From: Octopus vulgaris
Lineage: Eukaryota
Reading direction: 5' to 3'
Assembly: GCA_951406725.2 (NCBI GenBank)
Contig: OX597822.1
Location: forward strand, 83,266,001 to 83,330,000
Length of the DNA: 64,000 nt
This document shows positions 55,410-64,000 of the stretch, in pieces; position 1 is the stretch's first letter; the number at the start of each line of letters is the position of its first letter. The position numbers were made by a program, and so were the translations under genes. The notes beneath the pieces are model-generated. The model saw only the letters and a list, made by a program, of their open reading frames with translations. It had not been told where the DNA came from and did not search any database.

Positions 55410-58003
55410 TTGTTGTTGCTGTCACAGATTTTGAAAATGTAAAATTAAGTGAAAATTTTCAAATTTTCTCGAGTTTGCAATTTATTCATTCCAGAAATAT
55501 TTTAGAAAAATGTCATTGGTTTAAAATTTGATCATTTTTACCCAATCAGAGAACAGGATTTGTGCGTAATGGCTGTGATAATATGAATGTAAGTATTAAA
55601 AGATATTACAGCTTTGGAACAAAATGAAAGCAATGTGTGAGAGTTAATATATACACAGCAGAGGGAGTGACTGTCAAAGATAAATATCATATATAGGGAG
55701 GGGTAGACTGATGGTGATAGGAAAGAGTGGGAGATTTGTGAATGTAAAAGTTATTTTTCGTATCGAATTATGCTTTGTTTTTGTATTATTATTTACGGTC
55801 GACATTGTCTTTGAGATGCAGGTTTCGAATATCAAGTTCGTTTTTCTTGAGGATGCACCGTTTCAGATCCTTTCATGTCTAAACACACATGCATAACCCC
55901 ATACACTCGCATTTATATAGTAGATATATGTATACATATGTCAACAGATATTGAGAAGAAAATAGAAAGATACTATTATCATTTATAAAAACAAAATTGC
56001 AACGGAACAAAATAAAAATTTTTATGTTTAAAATGATACAAATCCTTCTATACACCATCACTATGCACCTCTGTTCTAGTATTAATACTTATTAGCTCCG
56101 ATAGCATTTGAAACCATACTGGACAGAAATAAAACCGAAACGCGGCAATGCTTTTAGGTCAGCAAATTCTATTGACTCCGCCATCTTAAGCTCTTCACTG
56201 TTCTCCCTCATCTTCTTCCTCTACAAACATAAAGGGTCGACCGTAACGTCAGATAAATTGTGTTCTCAACACTGACCAATCTATCGACGCTGTTGGTTCC
56301 TAGCTGTTACACAATGTCAGGTTCCTTTAGACTCTGAGAATTGACTTTAAAGTACACGTGTCTAAGAAATACTCAACCAGTTATACGCTGATTCAAGGGA
56401 AGTTAATTCAGTTGATTGAACAACTGAATTCTAATCTATGAGCGACCGAGGTCCTAAACAAACTTTTCCTGAGACGAATAAGTCAATTAAAGCGTCTATA
56501 GTTCTTGACTAATACTCATCTTATTTATCTCAACGGATAAGAAACAATATTTCTTGTGGAGTTCTTAGAACACACAATCTTACGCGGTCACCGTTAAATA
56601 TTTCTAGGCATTTTTTCCAAAAATCTTAAAAATTTGTTAATCGCCATAATTGTTATTTTTCTACAGCTATAGATTTGGGGTCTCGTCGTATACTTGATTA
56701 GACCGACCTCAGTAGTTGACTGGTACTCTATTATCTTTTTCTCTTCACTTGTTTCAGTCATTAGACTGCGGCCATGCTGGGGCACCTCCTTGAAAATCTT
56801 TTTAGACGAATGAATCGACCACAGGACTAATTTCTATTTTGTTTTAAGCCTTTCGTTTCTTTTGCTGAACTGCTAAGTTATGGGGATGTAAACATACTAA
56901 CACCTTGTCAAGCCGTGGTAGAGGATACACACATAATCACACACACTCACACACAAATGGATACGAAGTGTTTCCTTCAGTTTCTGTCTGCCAAATGCAC
57001 TCACAAGGCTTTGGTCGGCTCGAGGCCACGTTAAAAGACATTTGGTTAAAGCATCAAGCTGAGGGACTGAACTTGTAACCATGTGGCTGGGAAGCAAGCT
57101 TCTTACCAGGCAACCATGCCTGCGCCATACGTTATCTTCATAAAGTTGAAATGCAAAGTTAACCTCGACAGGATTTAAGCTCAAAACGAAAACGCCCGGA
57201 ATTAATATCGTCCTTTGCTCCCTCACTTCGTCAGTTCTATCACTTTCCTAATAAATATTGTGTGATATTTAGTTTGGTTACATTGCAGTGTGATAAACTC
57301 CAATGCGGGATTTTCTTTTGTCCGTTACAATCATATTCTAGATCGTACAGATATTTTGTTGCATTACATTTTTTCCAGATCGATAAAATAAGAATTATTA
57401 GAATATTCTCTTTATCAGTTCTTTTCTATCTGTCCCATAAATTTCGGAATCTGATGTCAAAATTAAAAATCAATATTTTATTCTATGAAAGTAAAAATTA
57501 CAATTATCTAAATAGGAAAATAATTAAAATTTGAAACAAATGACCTTTCACCAATTTTATTATCTTACATGAGATTAATATAATCTGTGTCAACCATTAT
57601 ATATAATATTTATGTTTAAGCATTGTCCGTTCGAATCCTACTGGAGGTGACTCTGCCATCCAGTCCTGAAGAAATAAAGTACCAGTTGTTTACTGGGGTC
57701 GATTAAATTGATCGACTTTTCTCTTTCCTGAAAATTCTGGTCTTTTGCGTGTGTTAAATCTTATAAGGTTACTCCCATTAAAATAATCCGAATAAAAGCT
57801 GTCTTAAGAGGTTTCTCAAAGCTTTTTATCTTACACTCCTGTTGCCATGCAACAAATTAGGAACATTGTTTATGCATCAGTTAGAATATCTTGCAATATA
57901 TTTGATCTGAGCTTCTGCTCCCAGTTCAGGTCCCACCAACGTCGAATTTGACTTTCAATTTTCCAGTGTCGGTAAATAATACAGCAGTCCAGTACCGCAA
58001 TTT

Positions 58004-58048
<45 letters not shown>

Positions 58049-59094
58049 GTGATATCTGAACTTGAAATGCCAACTTTATTAAACTGTGTCAGGCTGATTC
58101 AGGCCAAGATTTTACTTAATGGTACACGTTATATTGAACAACTCAGTGTTCTACACTTTGATTTTATAAGGAGAAAAATAGTTGCCCGAACAGCTGAATG
58201 CTAATCGTCGACACCGACGAAAATTCGACCCAACAGTATCCCTGTTCCACGTGACATTCAGAAAGCAAATTAAAATATCTCCCAGGATTAGTTTGTTGCA
58301 AAATCAACAGACGTAATTGTATAAAAATGTAATAAATTTTTGAACCCGTGATAACACGATCAACTTACATCGTAAAAATATTCTAATGTAGTTGAAAGAT
58401 ATTCAATATCATAAAAGAGTGAGGTTCAGTTCCTGCTGGACATTATTGTTTATTAGAGTTTGAAATCCATCTTCGGAAATAAGGAAACAAATAATTTCAA
58501 TTGCAATTTTATTTTTTTAATCAGGAAATCTCCTTTGCATTGCTTTAAAATCTGTAAAATTTATTCCATTAGAAAATGAATTAGCACCATCTTGAATTAG
58601 TAAGAAAAAAATTGCCGGGAATTTTCTTTCATTATTTTTGAAGAATTAGTGATATTTTTCTTAAAGAATTATTATTGATTTAATGAATTTCAATAGTTTT
58701 ACACGAAGCCACAAAATGTCAAACAAGTTCTTTAAATCACGCGGATCATTTCGATGTCTATACGTGTGTGTGTGTGTGTGTGTTGGAAGAGAGTAATGCG
58801 CTGATTATTCAGTTCTTTGCATCAACGATGCAGTTTATAAAAGATTAGCATTTCTATGACTTCCAGGTGTATATTTCTCAAAAAGTATTTATCTAAAACA
58901 CAATGGTCAAATGGGTTTCATGTTACGGCATTTAAAATCCAAAGTGCAAATTCTACAATCTTTTTATGCGCTACATATAGGTTCCCATTAAACCTTAATG
59001 CATACCCGATAGAATTTAATTAATTAATAATTTATTTATTTAATCAGTTTAAGCGTTCGTGTAAAGCTGGGAAGCCATAATAGACCGAGATATG

Positions 59095-59480
59095 TATATC
59101 ATCGTGGCACTCAGTCGGTTACAACGACGAGGGTTCCAGTTGATCCGATCAACGGAACAGCCTGCTCGTGAAATTAATGTGCAGGTGGCTGAGCACTCCA
59201 CAGACACGCATATCCTTAACGCAGTTCTTGGAGAGATTCAACGTGACACAGTGTGACAAGATGGGACCTTTAAAATACAGGTGCAACAGAAACAGGAAGA
59301 CAGAGTGAGAGAAAGTTGTGGTGAAAGAGTACAGTAGGGCTCGCCGCAGCCCCTGCCGGAGGCACGTGGAGCTTTAGGTGTTTTCGCTTAATGAACATTC
59401 CAAACGCCTGGTTTGGGAATCAAAATCGCGATCCAACGACCGCGAGCCCGCCTCCCTAACCACTTGGCCATTGCGCCTCA
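59095..59480 (-). mobile_element. tRNA-derived SINE family C, near full length
   Basis: Head GGCGCAATGGCCAAGTGGTTAGGG (A box) followed by a body shared with 21497-21790. Confidence 0.75.
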
Positions 59481-60078
59481 CGGTATATCGTAACACTTAC
59501 ACAAAAGGTAAAGCAAAAAAAAAAAAAAAAAACTAGAAAAAAGAAAAGCAGGGGTAAAAACTACAAATAAAGAACAGTTAATATTCCTGCTGTTTTACGA
59601 TGGTGAGGCGGCAGAATGGTACCGAGCCGTAGAAAATGCATTTCTTCCGACTTCACGTTCCGAGTTCAAATGCCATCGGGGTCGGCTTTACCATTCATCC
59701 TTTTGAAAGTCGATAAAGTAAATACTAGTTGAGGGTTGATATAATCAGTTAACCCCCTCTCATGTAAATGTTAAAAAGTGAAACCAATATTACTGCCGTT
59801 AAATGTTCTGTAGCCATTATGAATTGGAAGATTTTTATTTGGGTGGGGTCTGTGTAAAATAAATTGCACCTTCAACCTTGGTACACATTTGAAGACAATT
59901 TAAAGATATCTTTTCCCTCTCAGACTAATTGTAGTCCTAAAAATTTCATAAAACTTCTGCATAGTCAACACAAAAACATAAGTATAATTCCAAAGGACGA
60001 CCTGTTTGCGAAAGAGCTTTTCGGGTGTTCAAGTTCAAGGTAAGGAGACTTATTTCTAAGATAACCCCTCTTATCAAG

Positions 60079-60918
60079 CAATTTGGAGGTGGTCTAACGA
60101 ATGGGACTTGTGTCTGAACGTGTCAAAGTGCTGTCATCTGCCTGTTGGCTCTCCTCCTGCAACTCAACTTGATTTCGAGCCGGGTCGTCTGCTGCTGGAG
60201 AGGACCGATCAGGTAAAGGACCTGGGTATCTTGGCGGATTCCTCCTTTTCGCCTTCGGCCCGGTGCGTCCGTGCTGCCAACAAAGCACGCGGAATTCTGT
60301 TCTTGATTCGACGGTCATTCGGAATGCTCACAGCAGCCATATTCCTACCACTCTATGTCACGCTGGTGAGACCCATATTGGAGTACGGGATTCAAGCCTC
60401 TTCTCCTTATCTCCTCAAAGACATACAGCATCTTGAAAGAGTCCAGAAGCTGGCTACCCGCATGGTTCATGGTCTCAAAAATTTGTCTTATGAAGAAAGG
60501 CTGAGGACGCTCGACCATTATTCTCTAGAAAAACGCCGCCGCCGTGGTGATCTCATTCTCGCTCACAACATCATAAGCGGAAAGTGTAACCTCTCGAAAG
60601 AGCTGTTCTTCACCCCTGCCCCAGAGCGTCGGCTGCGGGGTCATTCCGTAAAGCTCTACCTGCGACGATTTCAACTTAATCGAAGGAGAGGAGCTTTCTC
60701 CGTCCGGGTTGCGGATCCGTGGAACAAGCTGCCAGACGAGATGGTGAAGATGCCGACGACCGCTTTGTTCAAAGTCTCCCTTGACCTCAAGTGGCCTGAA
60801 CTCTTTACATGAACACCACCCTGTACTTAACTCCATGTCCCCCTACATGGCCTTGCTATTTGCTTTTGTGCCAAAAAGTAACTAACTAACTAACTAACTA
60901 AATAAATAAATAAATAAA
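60079..60918 (+). mobile_element. 5'-truncated CR1-group LINE, 3' end of ORF2 plus 3'UTR and (TAAC)n/(TAAA)n tail
   Basis: ORF 60108-60812 with VKDLGI, LYVTLVRPILEYG, LERVQKLATRMV, YEERLRTL..SLEKRRRRGDLI and FSVRVADPWNKLP, typical of the CR1/L2-group ORF2 C-terminus. Tandem-repeat tail at about 60876-60918. Confidence 0.93.
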
Positions 60919-61569
60919 TTGTTTCTACGGAATTGTACAGACCCCAGCTTATTTCAACCAGGAGATTGCAGTTTCTCCCTTTTCTCACTTTCCTGTTGAT
61001 ATCTTACCAGGTAAATTGCTTTGCATCCCTTTTGGAAGAAGACTAAAAGCCATAACCACCTGAAACATACTAGTTCGATTCAGAGAAGCATCTTCTATTT
61101 GGACGGAAAAGAACTTAATGTTGCACCAAAGCGAGACATTCATTTTTTTCTTTACCATTAACAGAAATATAAACCAAGGACAGTATGAAAGACACGAAAC
61201 CATTCAAAATACAGAAAAACTGTCAACTTTACTTCAACATTTCTTATTTGGTCGGAATTTTCATCCTTCTAAATAATAAATGTTTAAGTGAGGTTAACAG
61301 TTTTTCTGTGTTTTGGAATGGCTCACAGGTATCTTCCACGCTGTAATTACATTAATTTTGACATCGGTCCCAGATAAAATCACTTCCCAAGAAAGTACAT
61401 CGAAAATAAATATAAAAATTCAGCTGATTGGCGGATATTATTTTGCTGACTGACTGCATATCAATAACCATCAAATTGAGTCGAATAAAGTAGAAGTGAA
61501 TACAATATGAATGCTATATTATAGTCTATGAAACTTTTATAGATTTAATGAGGAAGAATTGATACTTAC

Positions 61570-61639
61570 CACGATCACAGCCAATCGTTGACCATCCATT
61601 ATCCAAATATAAGGAAAGAAGTAATAGGACAGCCAACAA
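61570..61639 (-). CDS. PDFR: Class B1 GPCR (PDF receptor-like) exon: ECL2 Cys-Trp and first part of TM5 (CWLSYYFFPYIWIMDGQRLAVIV)
   Basis: Acceptor ttttttccatttcag, donor GTG|gtaagt. 70 nt = 1 nt + 23 codons, ending in phase 0 and joining the next exon in frame. Matches the class B1 CW...WIxxGPR pattern; PDF receptors read WILEGPRLAVIL. Confidence 0.88.
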
Positions 61640-63691
61640 CTGAAATGGAAAAAAAGTAATGTATTAATAAAGAAGAGAGTATAAAAATAAAACACGATGT
61701 CTTAACATTTCTAGGTCATCTAATTTGATTATCGATTCACAAACTATATTGGAAAGTGCGTCCTATTATTCAATTTCCCTTTCTTACTCGCTCACTCTAC
61801 AATAGAAGTATATATTTATGCCATGATCGACATACGCCCACTCCGAGCTAAAATGCATACGTAGAGCTATATGTGTGCGTGTATATATATATACTGCATT
61901 TGTGTATGCAGACAAACACACACATGTACATGCATCTATATGCATACAAAAATATCTCCCTACTAATCGAATCATTTTCTCTCTCCATCACACACTCTCA
62001 AACTTCATATATTTCTAAAAGAGATGTTGAAAGACTATTGGTGGTTATAGAGTCGTATCAGTATAGAAGTGTTAGTGTGAAACAAAAATATTGCCAGTTT
62101 ACAGCGTGAATGTCTGCTATCGTTTCCCTTTGTGTTTCTCTTTAACCACTCTCCCTTTCCTTCAGCTTTTCATACTACCTCTTTTTCGATCTGAATTTCT
62201 CCCCCCCCCCCCACTCTCTCTCTCTCTTTTCTCACGCACATCTTCTCACGCAAACACCTCTCAAGCTTCTTCAGAACATGCACACATATTTATAATAAAA
62301 TGCATTTTTTTTGTTAGAATTGTTTCATTAAATTAACAAATATGTCCTGAAATAACTCTCATATCTCATATGTGTGCATGTGTGTGTCTGTGTCTGTGTC
62401 TATGTGTGCGTGTGTGTCCTACAAATGAAACGTAGTTGCATAGGCAGTTCACGTGACCACACAATTGCTAGTTTTCTCGTCACGTTCATTTTAGATGATA
62501 TTAGAGTTGTGTTAACTCAGAAGAAAACGCGTTCCTTTCACACACAAATAAACGTTATGGCAATCCTAAAATTCAGGATGATATAACTGGCAAATAGTCA
62601 ATCTTCAGTATGATTCCCTGTTTCCTGTATTTACCTTTTCTTCTTTGATTTCATGAAATTATCACCTAAACACAGGATCAACCAGACTAAGAATATTGTT
62701 ATACATCGCTGGTAACAATGCGCTTCGAACCGCTTTTTTTTAGATTTCGAATGATGCCACCCCGCTGGCTTGGCGAGTAGGCCAACAGTTCTCTTGATCA
62801 CAAGCTTACTCCATCGCAGATTGAGCAACGTAAAATGAAGTGTTTTTGCTCAAGAACACAACACGCAGCCAGTCAAGGAATCGAAACCATGATCTCAAGA
62901 TCATGAGTACAACATGCCTAACCACTAGACCACAGGCTTTCACTCATATTTCAACAACTTATACTCCTCTGATATGACTACCTGCGTAAAACTTGAACCT
63001 AGGCTGACAGGAGCTGTGGTCTCTCCTCCTCAACTTTCCCCCATTGTGACATTTTATTTTCGAAGCTCAGCGATAAATTCATTGTCAACATTTTCCACTC
63101 ATAATTAGATCCCTGCAAATTTCTCCCCACCCACATCTATTTCCACTTCAAATCTAAGAGCAATCATATTGTTCTAAGAGGGCCTGCCTACAAATAGCAC
63201 AACTACAGACATCATTGGAGTATCGTCCATCATTTATAGTTAGTACAAAGCTACACTTGTAAACATATTCACATACATACACACGTACGGATGCAAATGC
63301 ATTGTGTACATATATACATACAAACATACACAGACACATACCTCTGTATGTGTGGGCGTATGTGTGTATGCGTGTGTCTGTCTGTCTGTCTGACTGTATG
63401 TATGCATGCATGTATGAATGTATGCATGCGTATTTGTATTACTCCCAATATGTTGTTAATTCAACATTCCGAATCAGTTGAACACGTTTCTCAAGGTCTG
63501 TTGAGAATAGTTTTTAAATACGTTTACCATTTTCTATAAATAGATATGAAGAGCCGCTTCGATATGTCGGAAATCAATATTGCAATAGTTTTGTTTACTT
63601 ATTGATTGATAGTGCATACAGTAACAAATAAACAAACAAAACACATACACGCGGACACACACATTCATATATATACGCATATATATTATAT

Positions 63692-63723
<32 letters not shown>

Positions 63724-64000
63724 GGGGGGGGGGGGTGAGTGTGTGTATGAATATGTTTGTATAGATATATGTACGTGTGCGCGTATATGTAAATATACAT
63801 AAAGTAAATAAAAAGTTCTGAAGATGTACTTATCACTAATTAGTAATTAGTTTTTGTAAACCCTGCGAACTACACTCACGCACACGCACACACATATATG
63901 TATATATTTAAGTATATGTATATAGTTAAGTATATGTATATATCATATATATATATATATATTAACTGTATATAACACGTGTTTCATGCAAAATAGATTC

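Noticed and set aside
59400-59480. tRNA-like sequences at SINE heads (also near 3440-3512, 35967-36030 and 54470-54533)
   Set aside because: They have A/B-box similarity but continue into SINE bodies and show no complete cloverleaf; they are not called as tRNA genes.
62634-62709. Apparent upstream TM4 exon (RCITIFLVWLILCLGDNFMKSKKK, donor AG|gtaaat, phase 2)
   Set aside because: The end phase fits the ECL2 exon, but it lacks the GWGxP-type TM4 signature. Its acceptor overlaps sequence shared with the SINE copy at about 5310-5360, so the real TM4 exon probably lies beyond the window.

Overview
This is AT-rich, microsatellite-saturated eukaryotic genomic DNA. The SINE families and repeat density suggest an octopus or other coleoid cephalopod, which is my inference and not a database result. 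Almost all ORFs in the supplied track are translations of simple repeats and are not genes. The one well-supported host gene is a class B1 (secretin-family) GPCR on the minus strand that closely resembles the pigment-dispersing factor (PDF) receptor. Three phase-consistent GT-AG exons (61570-61639, 47911-47996, 46705-46885) encode ECL2-TM5-ICL3-TM6-TM7. The upstream exons lie beyond the right edge of the window, and the exon(s) for helix 8 and the C-tail cannot be assigned with confidence. The rest is intronic or intergenic: tRNA-derived SINEs, relics of CR1-, RTE- and R4/Dong-type LINEs, a Helitron relic, a possible Academ relic, a Tc1/mariner MITE, two Penelope-type minimal hammerhead motifs and many long inverted repeats. 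I did not find convincing evidence of a wholly new biological system. The best leads are the Pro-to-Gln change in TM5 of the receptor, its unresolved C-terminus, the ~240-bp-arm hairpin at 28.9-29.5 kb with neighbouring palindromes, and the hammerhead motifs.
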